This document shows, piece by piece, positions 1 through 9,800 of a stretch of 64,000 nt of DNA. The translations under genes and the position numbers were made by a program. A model generated the notes under the pieces. It saw only the letters and a list, made by a program, of their open reading frames with translations. It did no database searches and had not been told where the DNA came from. The stretch's first letter is position 1. Each line of letters begins with the position of its first letter. This DNA comes from Chitinophagales bacterium (GTDB lineage Bacteria > Bacteroidota > Bacteroidia > Chitinophagales > JADIYW01), in the NCBI GenBank assembly GCA_046329775.1, contig JAXLTX010000003.1, forward strand, positions 507,153-571,152, given 5' to 3'.

Positions 1-1164
1 AAAAACCACCAACTGAATTACGGCATCAAGTTAAGTCAACGAACCTTCACCATCAACCAAGTTCATGTGACGATAAAAGACAGCACAGGCAATGTTTTTA
101 CAGATAATTTTTCCAGACAGCCCAAGGTTCCCGCGTTGGAGTTTTATCCGTTCCTCGATTACTCATTCACCTGGAAAGACAAGCTGGAATTAAATGCCGG
201 TGTCCAGTTCTTTGTGTACCATGCCAAAGGCAAAACATTCTTTTATCCGCAACCGAGAGCAGAAATCATTTATCACCCTGTCAGCGGGTTAAGTCTGAGA
301 AGTTCGGTCGTACGTACCGTGCAGCCTATGCATCTGTTAACCAACAATACAGGAGACATCCTGAATGACGTATGGGTACCTGCCACTGCAAGGGTGGAAC
401 CGGAAACGGCCTGGCAGTATTCCGGCGGTGTACAGTATGACCATCTGAAAGGCTATACGGCAAGCATCGACGCCTACTACAAGACCATGTATCATTTATC
501 GGAGTATAGATACGGCACCACCTTTATCCTGGATAATATTGCCTGGGATGAGCAATTGCTGAACAGTGGCAGAGGCACCTCATACGGTCTGGAACTTTTC
601 TTCGCAAAAACGAAAGGACAATTCACGGCCTGGTTCAAATACAATCTTGGCTGGAGTACAAGACAATACCCTGAACTGAATGAGGGAAAAATGTTTTATT
701 ACAAATACGACAGAAGACACGATGTTTCCATTGTCTTACAATATAAATTGAAAAAGCATTTCGATTTTACAGCGGCCTGGACCTATGGCACCGGTTGGCG
801 TATGACAACTCCAAAGAGTCAATATACGAGTGACCAGACATTATACAATTACGACAAAGAAAATGAACCGCTGATAGGCAATCAGGGGCTAATCACCTAC
901 TGGAATGAGCGTAACAACTATGTACTCCCGGCCTATCACCATCTGGACATCAGCATGAATTATACCAAACAGGGAAAACGTGCAAAACACCAGTTTAATG
1001 TCAGTGTCTACAACCTGTACAATCGTATGAACATATTCACCGTATACCGCGATTCAGATGTTGATGCGGATGGAAACAGATTCAGAAAATACAAACAACT
1101 GAGTATGTTCCCTGTCATTCCATCCCTTGGTTACACCATCAGTTTTGAAAAGCTAAAAAGATGA
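1..1164 (+). CDS. TonB-dependent receptor, C-terminal part (5' truncated by window edge)
   Basis: Frame is open from base 1 (KNHQLNYGIK...). Alternating beta-strands, YGLELFFAK, YDRRHD, LPAYHHLD and NVYNR-like motifs of Bacteroidota TBDR barrels; ends LGYTISF; followed by a DUF4249 lipoprotein as usual. Confidence 0.85.
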   Translation, partial: KNHQLNYGIKLSQRTFTINQVHVTIKDSTGNVFTDNFSRQPKVPALEFYPFLDYSFTWKDKLELNAGVQFFVYHAKGKTFFYPQPRAEIIYHPVSGLSLRSSVVRTVQPMHLLTNNTGDILNDVWVPATARVEPETAWQYSGGVQYDHLKGYTASIDAYYKTMYHLSEYRYGTTFILDNIAWDEQLLNSGRGTSYGLELFFAKTKGQFTAWFKYNLGWSTRQYPELNEGKMFYYKYDRRHDVSIVLQYKLKKHFDFTAAWTYGTGWRMTTPKSQYTSDQTLYNYDKENEPLIGNQGLITYWNERNNYVLPAYHHLDISMNYTKQGKRAKHQFNVSVYNLYNRMNIFTVYRDSDVDADGNRFRKYKQLSMFPVIPSLGYTISFEKLKR

Positions 1165-2117
1165 CACCGCAGAAATATCGCCATATCGCAGACTCCCTCC
1201 ATACCTTGAAAAAGGCTGTGAGTACTGTATTGCTTGCACTGGTCTTATTGTTTGGATTCAATGCCTGCGAAAAGAACTTAAAACTGAACTATGCCGATAC
1301 CGAAATCAAACAGGTGGTGATTGCAAATCTGAATCCGGGTGCATTTTTAAAAGTCAACATCAGCAAGAGCAAGAGACCGGATGATTTTTCGTCCGTTGTA
1401 TTTTTGCCGGACTGCAAGGTGGATCTTTATGAAGATGATCTTTTTACAGAGACATTACCATTTATCCTGAAAGACACCTTATCCGGATTAGGCTATTACA
1501 CCTCTTCGTATAAACTCAGGCCCAACCATGTCTATAAAATAATTTCCACTCATTCCTCATTAGGTACGGTGGAAGCAACAGAGTATTTGCCGAACATTCC
1601 TACGCTTCTCAACTTCACCCTTCTGCAACATGCGGACAGTCTGCACCCGAACATTACGGGACAATATGTCCTTACCTTTCAGGATAGTGCATCATTCAGC
1701 AACTACTATTTTCTGTCTACCTATTATAAGGTGCTGAAACCCACCATCAACAATGACGGTGATACCATATATAAATATGAATACATGGGAGTTCCGTCTT
1801 ATGCTCCGGAAATTCCCAATCCGGGCAATTTCACGCGCTCCTTTACGTCAGATGCGAACTTTGACGGACAGACCAGCTCCTTCTCGGTCAGTTTTCCCAG
1901 CCAATACAATACCCTTTTCAAAGAGATTGAACTGATTATAGAACTCTCAAATACCGGAAAGAATTTCTACGACTGGAATGTGCAGCAATTGAGATACGGT
2001 ACGGACTACCTGAATGAAGGACAGTTGGAACGTATTAATCTGAAAGGCAATATCATCAATGGTTACGGCCATTTCACGGCGAACAGCAGCGCATACATCG
2101 GCATCCGTATCCGATAG
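1161..2117 (+). CDS. DUF4249 family lipoprotein (TBDR partner)
   Basis: Lipobox FNAC; VNISKS, C-terminal NIINGYGHF; 4-bp overlap with the TBDR stop. True start may be downstream (MKKAVS-like). Confidence 0.75.
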   Translation: MTPQKYRHIADSLHTLKKAVSTVLLALVLLFGFNACEKNLKLNYADTEIKQVVIANLNPGAFLKVNISKSKRPDDFSSVVFLPDCKVDLYEDDLFTETLPFILKDTLSGLGYYTSSYKLRPNHVYKIISTHSSLGTVEATEYLPNIPTLLNFTLLQHADSLHPNITGQYVLTFQDSASFSNYYFLSTYYKVLKPTINNDGDTIYKYEYMGVPSYAPEIPNPGNFTRSFTSDANFDGQTSSFSVSFPSQYNTLFKEIELIIELSNTGKNFYDWNVQQLRYGTDYLNEGQLERINLKGNIINGYGHFTANSSAYIGIRIR

Positions 2118-2127
2118 AGCATAAAAA

Positions 2128-2149
2128 ATGTCCGCCAATGGGCGGACAT
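2128..2149. terminator. Bidirectional intrinsic terminator
   Basis: ATGTCCGCC-aatg-GGCGGACAT 9-bp stem with A/T tracts on both sides, between convergent genes. Confidence 0.8.
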
Positions 2150-2180
2150 ATATTTTAGACATTCAATTCTCTGAGAGAAA

Positions 2181-2402
2181 TCAATATTCATCTTCATTGA
2201 AGAGGAAATCTTCTTTTGTCGGGTATTCCGGCCAGATATCTTCGATACTTTCATATAACTCCTCATCATCATCCAGCTCCTGAAGGTTTTCAATCACTTC
2301 AAGCGGTGCGCCTGTGCGGATGGCAAAATCAATCAATTCATCTTTTGAAGCCGGCCATGGTGCTTCTTCCAAATACGATGCTAATTCTAGTGTCCAATAC
2401 AT
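2181..2402 (-). CDS. DUF2795 domain protein
   Basis: MYWTLELASYLEEAPWPASKDELIDFAIRTGAPLEVIENL matches the highly conserved Bacteroidota DUF2795 sequence. Confidence 0.9.
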   Translation of the reverse strand: MYWTLELASYLEEAPWPASKDELIDFAIRTGAPLEVIENLQELDDDEELYESIEDIWPEYPTKEDFLFNEDEY

Positions 2403-2447
2403 ATTCTTATTCTTTTATTTTAGTGGTTAATTTCTTAAAAGGGATTG

Positions 2448-2455
2448 CAAATATA
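2448..2455 (-). promoter_or_regulatory. Bacteroidota sigma-A -7 element (TATATTTG)
   Basis: Exact TAnnTTTG 46 nt upstream of the DUF2795 start. Confidence 0.6.
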
Positions 2456-2510
2456 TGCCTAAAAATTAAAAATCAAAGCAAAAAATAGACTACTTCTTAT
2501 GAACTGATTA

Positions 2511-3056
2511 TCAATGACTTTTCCACACAATTTCAGACACACCTGCGTCATGAGCCAATTTTCTGGCCAATACGAACAGGAAATCCGATAACCTGTTGAG
2601 GTACTGCATCAATACAGGTTCGGTTTCATCCACCTCTGACAGACGTACGACGCAGCGCTCCGCACGACGGCAGACCGTTCTGGCAACATGGCATGCCGCA
2701 GCCGCCTTATTTCCTCCGGGTAATATAAAAAATTTGAGTTCCGGCAAACGTTCATTCATCTTGTCGATGTATTGCTCTAATAACGTAATCGAAGCATCCG
2801 GTATTTCAGGCAGTATCAGATTTTTCTTTCCCGGTTCTGCGGCAAGATGTGTTCCGATATCAAATAGCCTGCTTTGTATATTATGCAACAGGTCGGTATA
2901 TTCCTTCTCTTCCATGTACGTTGTCACCATACCCAGAAAGGAATTCACTTCATCCACGGTACCGTATGCCTCAATGCGCAATTCCGCCTTTGACAAGCGC
3001 TTGCCACCATACAATGCAGTGGTGCCGGCATCTCCTGTTTTGGTATATATCTTCAT
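2511..3056 (-). CDS. PduO-type ATP:cob(I)alamin adenosyltransferase
   Basis: MKIYTKTGDAGTT, RIEAYGTVDEVNS, FILPGG, ARTVCRRAER, YLNRLSDFLF. Start set at MKIY (3056) rather than the ORF-track start at 3125. Confidence 0.92.
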   Translation of the reverse strand: MKIYTKTGDAGTTALYGGKRLSKAELRIEAYGTVDEVNSFLGMVTTYMEEKEYTDLLHNIQSRLFDIGTHLAAEPGKKNLILPEIPDASITLLEQYIDKMNERLPELKFFILPGGNKAAAACHVARTVCRRAERCVVRLSEVDETEPVLMQYLNRLSDFLFVLARKLAHDAGVSEIVWKSH

Positions 3057-3173
3057 CTCCGTCTTTTTAAATTCAACAACAATGTACGATGCCGGTTCAT
3101 TTTTTTCAATTCTTTTTATAAACAAGAAACCTTTCCTGAATGGAAAGGTTTCTTGTTTATGTTACAAAGAAAA

Positions 3174-3950
3174 TTATTTTCCTTGTGCCTGTTTTTTCAT
3201 GGCTTCTTCAATCATTTTCTGCATAGCTGCCTGATCACCGCCCTGTTGTGGTTTCTGGGCCTCAATGCTTTTCAGTTCCACTTCAAACACCAGCGTTTCG
3301 TTTGGACCGATACCCGCTTGTTGTTGTCCCTGTGCGCCATAAGCCAATTTGCCCGGGATATACAGTTTGTATTTAGAGCCTACGGTCATCAACTGCAATC
3401 CTTCGGACCAGCCCGGTATAACGCCGTTTAGAGGGAAGGTAGCAGGTTCGCCACGTTTGATGGAACTATCAAACACGGTACCGTCCAGCAATGTTCCTGT
3501 GTAATCCACTTTCACCACATCAGACAATGTTGGCTTAGGACCTGTACCTTCTGTGATTACTTCATATTGCAGACCACTTGCCGTTGTTTTCACACCGGCT
3601 TTTTTAGCATTCTCTTCAAAGAACTTTTTTCCTTTGCTTTCGTTTTCCTGCATCATCGCATATGCCTGTGGATTGAAGTGCTTCATCAATACCGTATTGA
3701 TGGTATCACCTCCGAACAATAATTTCTTATTGTTCAATGCTTCATAAATACCACGAGCCAATACTTCGATATTCAAGGTGCTGTCCAACCCGTTTTGTTT
3801 CAGGTTTTCACCCATTTGTATTCCTATGGCATACGACACGGAGTCGATTTCTTTCTTAGGAGCAGAACTTACAAAACTGTTTTTTGATTTGCAGGCAGAC
3901 ATCAACGCCACTACCGCAATCATCATTAATTTAAAAGTGTGTTTATTCAT
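3174..3950 (-). CDS. FKBP-type peptidyl-prolyl cis-trans isomerase, lipoprotein (FKBP_N + FKBP_C)
   Basis: SYAIG, TASGLQYEV, YTGTLLDGTVFDSS, VIPGWSEGLQLM, LAYG, FEVEL; lipobox LMSAC. Confidence 0.95.
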   Translation of the reverse strand: MNKHTFKLMMIAVVALMSACKSKNSFVSSAPKKEIDSVSYAIGIQMGENLKQNGLDSTLNIEVLARGIYEALNNKKLLFGGDTINTVLMKHFNPQAYAMMQENESKGKKFFEENAKKAGVKTTASGLQYEVITEGTGPKPTLSDVVKVDYTGTLLDGTVFDSSIKRGEPATFPLNGVIPGWSEGLQLMTVGSKYKLYIPGKLAYGAQGQQQAGIGPNETLVFEVELKSIEAQKPQQGGDQAAMQKMIEEAMKKQAQGK

Positions 3951-3974
3951 TTGTTTAAAGATTTTATAGATTGA

Positions 3975-4757
3975 TTATTGTTGTTCAATTTTAATGTTGG
4001 TGGGCACCTGTGGCACTTGCGGAGCCGGTTTTTCTATTTTCAGCAATTCCACTTCGAAGATCAGCGTTTCGTTTGGTCCGATACCTGCCTGTTGAACCCC
4101 TTGTTCTCCGTAGGCCAAATTTCCCGGAATATAGAATTTGTATTTGGCACCAACGGACATCAACTGTAAGCCTTCGGTCCAGCCTTTAATCACCTGATTT
4201 AAAGGGAAGGTTACAGGTTCGCCACCAATGGAACTGTCAAACACTTTTCCATTTACCAACGTTCCTGTATAATGTACGGTGACCTTATCCGTTGCTATCG
4301 GCTTTTGCCCAACTGTATCCTTCAATATTTCATATTTCAAACCGCTGGCTGTTGTTTTTACGGCAGGATTGACAGCCAAATCTTCAAAGAATTTTTTAGC
4401 TTTTGCTTCTTCTTCCGCTTTTTTCAGCGCCTGTTTTTCTGTAAAATAACTCTGCGCATACATCATACCCACTTGTGTATTGATTTTAGGCTCCTTGGCT
4501 TTAAGTGCATCCGACAATCCTTTCTGCAAAGCCTCCGGATTGATATCGATGGCGCCATTTTTTAGCATGTCTGCACCTATTTGCGTCCCCAAAAAGTAAG
4601 AAACGGTATCTGCCTTGGTTTTAAACTCCACCGTATCTTTCACAACAAGTGCAACTGAATCTGCCTTTGCGGTGTTTTTCTTAGTTTTCTTCGGCTTGGC
4701 CGCTGCTGTGGAGACAAACACCATTGCAATTATAAAAATGGAAAAAACTTGTTTCAT
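3975..4757 (-). CDS. FKBP-type peptidyl-prolyl cis-trans isomerase (FKBP_N + FKBP_C)
   Basis: [37 protein letters not shown]; Sec signal without lipobox. Confidence 0.95.
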   Translation of the reverse strand: MKQVFSIFIIAMVFVSTAAAKPKKTKKNTAKADSVALVVKDTVEFKTKADTVSYFLGTQIGADMLKNGAIDINPEALQKGLSDALKAKEPKINTQVGMMYAQSYFTEKQALKKAEEEAKAKKFFEDLAVNPAVKTTASGLKYEILKDTVGQKPIATDKVTVHYTGTLVNGKVFDSSIGGEPVTFPLNQVIKGWTEGLQLMSVGAKYKFYIPGNLAYGEQGVQQAGIGPNETLIFEVELLKIEKPAPQVPQVPTNIKIEQQ

Positions 4758-4777
4758 CTATATTGAAATTTGAAGTG

Positions 4778-4785
4778 CAAAAATA
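4778..4785 (-). promoter_or_regulatory. -7 element (TATTTTTG) for the FKBP pair
   Basis: Exact TAnnTTTG 21 nt upstream of the start codon. Confidence 0.6.
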
Positions 4786-4834
4786 AGGTATTTGCGACGA
4801 TAAATGTGCATATTAACTATTTTTAATGGTGCTT

Positions 4835-5959
4835 TCAGACCGATTCCGACAACTTCTTCATGATCGGATACCAATCCACCCCGCCTCGGTCTCTGCCCAA
4901 TCTGATGATGATGACATTTCTTGTTTCGTTAATCATCATGATCTGCCCGTTGAAGCCGGCTGCATAATAAACATCGCTTTGGTCGTCATCATTGGAATAA
5001 TACCAGCCCATGCAGTATTTATCGTCTTCCTTACAGCGGTGCAGGGTATCGTCGCAGTAATTGAACCATTCTTTAGGAAATAATTGATGGCGCTTGTATT
5101 TACCGTCATGCAACACCATAACGCCGAATTTCGCCAAATCACGTGCTGACATGTTCAGCCCTCCGTAATATTTCGGATTCCGCATGATGCGGCTATCCAG
5201 CGCCCAGTATGCCGTATCCTGCATCCCCAGTTTATTCCACATTCTTTCGTAGAAATAATCCAGTACTTTTTTTTTGCCCAATGCTTTTTTTATGCACTCC
5301 CCTAAAATCTGTGTGTCGATGGATTTATATTTGAATTGTTTTCCGGGCGGACTGTCAAATTTTGCGCTGTAGATGGCGCGTGTCAGATTCTTTTCGTAAT
5401 AATACTGCAATGTCTGGAATATATTCCCGTACTCGTCATAATTCAATCCCGATTCCATCTGCAAAAGATGCCGAAGTGTGAGCTGCTGAAACTGCTTATC
5501 CGGCAAATCTTTGAAATAGGCGGTTACGGGCGTTTCCACATCTGAGATGTACTTATCCTGTATGGCCATACCCAGCAAAGCCGTTACAAACACCTTGGTA
5601 ACGGAAAACAGTTGTGTGTTATCTCCTTCTTTTATTCCGTTGAGGTATCGTTTAAAGATGACGGTATCATTACGGATCACCAGAAAAGACGTGGTGCTGG
5701 TATTTTGCAGGAAGAAATCCGGATACTGGTACTTGTCGGCAGAAGCACTATCCAGCCAGAGAGACACCTCCGGCAGTGCCACTGATTTTTCGGGCAACGG
5801 AGCAGGCTTTTCCGATTGCTTGATCATGGCCGTCGTGTAGAATTTTCCGTCGAAGATGGATGGAACGCGCAGGGTTTCGTTATAACTTAGCACGATACCA
5901 CTCAACAACAGGATTATGCATACCGTAAAAACTTTGAGTGGTGTTATCTTTTTCTTCAT
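4835..5959 (-). CDS. Serine hydrolase, beta-lactamase class C / 6-aminohexanoate-dimer hydrolase family
   Basis: SxxK motif (FSVTK), LTLRHLLQMESG, PGKQFKYKS, SARDLAKFG, AAGFNGQ. Start set at MKKKIT (5959). Confidence 0.88.
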   Translation of the reverse strand: MKKKITPLKVFTVCIILLLSGIVLSYNETLRVPSIFDGKFYTTAMIKQSEKPAPLPEKSVALPEVSLWLDSASADKYQYPDFFLQNTSTTSFLVIRNDTVIFKRYLNGIKEGDNTQLFSVTKVFVTALLGMAIQDKYISDVETPVTAYFKDLPDKQFQQLTLRHLLQMESGLNYDEYGNIFQTLQYYYEKNLTRAIYSAKFDSPPGKQFKYKSIDTQILGECIKKALGKKKVLDYFYERMWNKLGMQDTAYWALDSRIMRNPKYYGGLNMSARDLAKFGVMVLHDGKYKRHQLFPKEWFNYCDDTLHRCKEDDKYCMGWYYSNDDDQSDVYYAAGFNGQIMMINETRNVIIIRLGRDRGGVDWYPIMKKLSESV

Positions 5960-5978
5960 GCTTGTCGCGAGGCAACGC

Positions 5979-6827
5979 TTATTGTTTTTTCGTATTGACG
6001 GAAACATTCAGATAAATGCCTGCATTCAGGTGGATATTGCTGAAGGTGGTGTACTGATATGTATCTTTCTGGAAGATATCATCGTATCCTTTTTTCTTGT
6101 ATCGTAGAAAATCATAATCAAATCCGAGACTGAACCCGGCTTTGCGTTTAATAAGATATCGAATCTGCAGATCGGTACCGAAATAGAACTTTTTCCCTTT
6201 GCCGCTGTCGTAGTAATCATCCGCCGTATAGCCACCTACCCGAACTGACGGGTGTATCTGCAGGCTTTTATCTTTCAGGAATTCGAATACATACCCGAAC
6301 TGGCCGGATACGATGAAGAACATGGTGTTTACTCTGGATAACAGGTTGCCGAGATTTGGATCTTTCTTATATTTCTTAACACTAAAAAACTGATAATTCA
6401 TTCCTACAAACAACCCTTTCCAGAAATTCCCCTGTATGCTAAACTGAAAATTTCCGCCTTTATATGATCTTGCAAGATTATTCTTTGTATCGCGCTCTGT
6501 CCAAACCGAGGATGAGTCTTTAACCGGATAGTAAGCCCCTCTGAAGGCATCTCTTTCATTCATCACCGGATTCAAAAAGGAATAATTGATACCGAAAAGC
6601 AGACGCACCCTATCCACACTGAATTTCTTCTTTTTTACAGCCAACTCGGCAACTGCTGGAGCTATGGCATTTGTTTCGGCAAGAGGAGCAGCCATTACCT
6701 CTCCTATCGTTTGTGGTGATGAATGAAATTCCTGTTTTGACAAGGTATCTGTCGCGGCAGGAATGGAATCCTGTGCGAAGGAACTGAAAACAAAAAGCCA
6801 GCAGAAAAACAGGAAGCAATACTTCAT
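5979..6827 (-). CDS. Hypothetical exported protein, probable outer-membrane beta-barrel
   Basis: Sec signal (…SSFAQD); amphipathic strands with alternating aromatic residues; no family recognised. Confidence 0.55.
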   Translation of the reverse strand: MKYCFLFFCWLFVFSSFAQDSIPAATDTLSKQEFHSSPQTIGEVMAAPLAETNAIAPAVAELAVKKKKFSVDRVRLLFGINYSFLNPVMNERDAFRGAYYPVKDSSSVWTERDTKNNLARSYKGGNFQFSIQGNFWKGLFVGMNYQFFSVKKYKKDPNLGNLLSRVNTMFFIVSGQFGYVFEFLKDKSLQIHPSVRVGGYTADDYYDSGKGKKFYFGTDLQIRYLIKRKAGFSLGFDYDFLRYKKKGYDDIFQKDTYQYTTFSNIHLNAGIYLNVSVNTKKQ

Positions 6828-6842
6828 ATCTACAAAAATAAA

Positions 6843-6867
6843 AAATCCCGACCAATAGTCGGGATTT
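6843..6867 (-). terminator. Intrinsic terminator after the giant T9SS gene
   Basis: AAATCCCGAC-caata-GTCGGGATTT with a T-tract on the minus strand. Confidence 0.8.
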
Positions 6868-6887
6868 AATTTTGTTATGACTGAAAA

Positions 6888-9800
6888 TTAATCTTTCACA
6901 AATTTGGACTGCAGGATCTCTCCATCGTTTGGATCTTGGATATTAATAATGTACACACCATTAGCCAAGCTACTGACATCCAATTGGATCAGTTGATTCC
7001 CTTTAATGACATTTTTATTACCCAATAATACTTCCTGTCCAATCACATTTAATATTTTAAGTTTAATCTGACTATTTGCCATGGATTGATACTCAATGTT
7101 TATCAACTGATTGGTTGGATTTGGGTAAACTCCGTTGATTGAATTGACATACGTATTCTGTTTGTCATTTCTGATCAATATGGTTTGAGAATATTTATAC
7201 GATCCATCTCTGTCTGTCATTTTTAATCTGTAATAATTTTCACCTGAAAGTGGGGTATTATCATTCAGGCTGTAAGACAGTAAACTATTGCTAAATCCGG
7301 CTGCGGGTACTTCTCCAATCCTAACAAACACGCCATTACTGCTTTGCGGACTGCGCTCCACTTCAAATTTCAATGTATTTAATTCAGAAGCGGTCGTCCA
7401 ATTCAGCACATTTTTGTCACCATCATTGTATCCTGTAAAGCTGGTCAGTTCAACTGGTAAGGGTGAAACATCCCAAGGGCTGACGCCTGTACCGCCGGTG
7501 CCACCAGAGAAGCCCGTTAATCCATTATATTGCACATAATGCACACCATTACACCATTGGTTCAAGTTATCATCTTCCCAATCGCTAGCAGATAATGATT
7601 GACATCTAGATATTCCGGGAGGTCCTACGAAAACACCCAGATCATTCCAGTAGCTCAAACAACCGGTTTCTGTGAACCCGTTAGGGCCTACTGAGATAAC
7701 TTTTGGTGTAACATCATTTACCACATCAAATACATGTCCGTTTGCAGATTTAAACCACTCAAAGTCTTCGTAGAATCCGCCGTAAGCATTCTTAAAAGTA
7801 TTAGCCGCATCAATGATATCCTGCTTCTCGGCTGTCTGATAATAAAATCTCACTTTAACTGGTTTGGCCGGGTCTATACTACCGCTGGAGAGTGTAAAAT
7901 CCCATCTTCTTCTCATTACATATTCTGCATAATCTCTTGGTATGTCTTCATAATTGTATCGGGTTGGATTTAATGTAACCGTTGCAGTACCTTCAATATT
8001 ATTTCCATTGGGGTACAATGAGAATATGTATTTATCATCTGCTGTAGATATTGTCCCTTTGTCATCGTAATAATGCCTCCAACCATCTCTAGTTGTACAA
8101 TATTTATTTGTAGAGACAGCGCCTATGGTCGTAGTATATTCCCATACCCTTCCTTTACAACGTCTTCCAATTTCAATAGTTCCATCAGCAATTGTGCGTC
8201 CGCTGAATTGCAATGCGTTCAGCACTTTATAATCCAATACGATGTAATATGTTTTGTTGGGTAAGAAGGAAAATCCTGTTCCATTGTTAAACCAAACGGT
8301 ATCATTTATCACCCCTCCATTTCCATGTGGACCCGAGACGTTCGAACCGAATGAGCCTGTTCCGCAATCATTGAAAGAATAGCAATCTCTTTGTGATACA
8401 TTTGCTGCACCAGGAGTGCATAAACTTCCACCAGCCTGTACCTCCCAGATAGTAGCCGTAAATTGTACAGTAGGAGATGTTCCGCCCAGACAATTTTGCA
8501 AAGCGGATCCTGCAATTTCTTTTGCCAAGCCCTGCAGATTGATATACATGTAATAATCATCACAGAAATTGGTTGCCGCATCCGTTGTAAATTTAAAATA
8601 CGTAGAGTGTTGCGGATCTCCGCTGCCACAATATGATTTAAGGCCGGAACCTATGACCGCTGAGTTTGCCGTTTCGCCTCCATTAGATGCCACACTAAAA
8701 CAATATGGAATATCTAATGTCATGGCAGTAGCATCACTGCAATCATCCGCACTCTTTTGTTCGGATATACACAGTTGAAAATCCTTTCCAAAATCATCCC
8801 CATTCTGATCCCAGACTTGTAAATAAATGGTTTCGCCTGGCGTGCCAGAAATACTGAAATCAGGATCTCCACCAGAACCGCCCGTATTGCATTTTATGTA
8901 TGTCAATGCTCCACAGGTTCCACGATACGCCGCCACGGCAAGGTTAGAATTTGTTACCCCTAATGTTCCCATTTCATCATTGCCTTCAATCTTGACAAAA
9001 CTCTGTGTATTATTTCCACAAGCGGCCGGCATGGTAAATTTATACCAGATATCTCCACAATCCGCAGTACATCCTCCGGGGTTTCTTGACCATGTTGGAT
9101 CGCCATAATTAAATGTCGTCCAGCTGCCACCACTCACCTGACAAGATTTTGCGCCTACCGTAAGTGCTGTAGCGCCTGCACATTCATTATTTGAAGGACC
9201 AACATAAGCCGGTTGATTATCTTTAATCTTTACATCAAAATATCCGTCGATACCAATACCTGCAACGCCATCTACTTGTACATAATATGTATACCCAGGT
9301 TTCAGGCATAAAGGCGTAAGATTCACCGTAGGATAAATGCCATTCGCCAATGAATTAGGAATATCCTGATGCCAGCTGTCGCTTAATTTTGACCACGTAG
9401 GTATGGAACAAGTTCCGCCTACAGCTGAAGTTCCATCATTGACTTCCCAAATGGTTACATCCGGTAAAAAATAATCGGTTGTGAATGGAATAAAGCTATT
9501 TCCGACAACTTGTACTGTAACATCTGCAGAAGAAGGGCAAACAAATTTATACCACACAGAACGTTGTACACTGGATGCAGTATGCTGCACTTCATTGCTT
9601 TCCAACGTTGCACAGATATTATTATCACCCGTATAACCTGTATATGCGCCTGTTATAGTTCCACTACCAGGTAATGTCTTAGCATTACAAATATTATCAT
9701 TAGCGGGTGCTGATGGCGTACCCATGTTCTCTACTTCCAATGTAAAATATCCTTGTTTATTTAATCCACTTCCATCTACTTGAATATAAAAATCCTGGTT

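Noticed and set aside
1-2117. TBDR + DUF4249 pair as a novel system
   Set aside because: A very common Bacteroidota gene pair, and truncated by the window edge.
2596-3234. 212-aa + strand ORF and the many other 60-220 aa antisense ORFs in the track (e.g. 41639-42298, 48687-49154, 52865-53467)
   Set aside because: They lie opposite or out of frame with well-supported genes and show no motifs; shadow ORFs.
4835-5959. Bona fide antibiotic-resistance beta-lactamase
   Set aside because: Motifs (FSVTK, YKS, AAG) fit the broad esterase/amidase branch; no mobile context.
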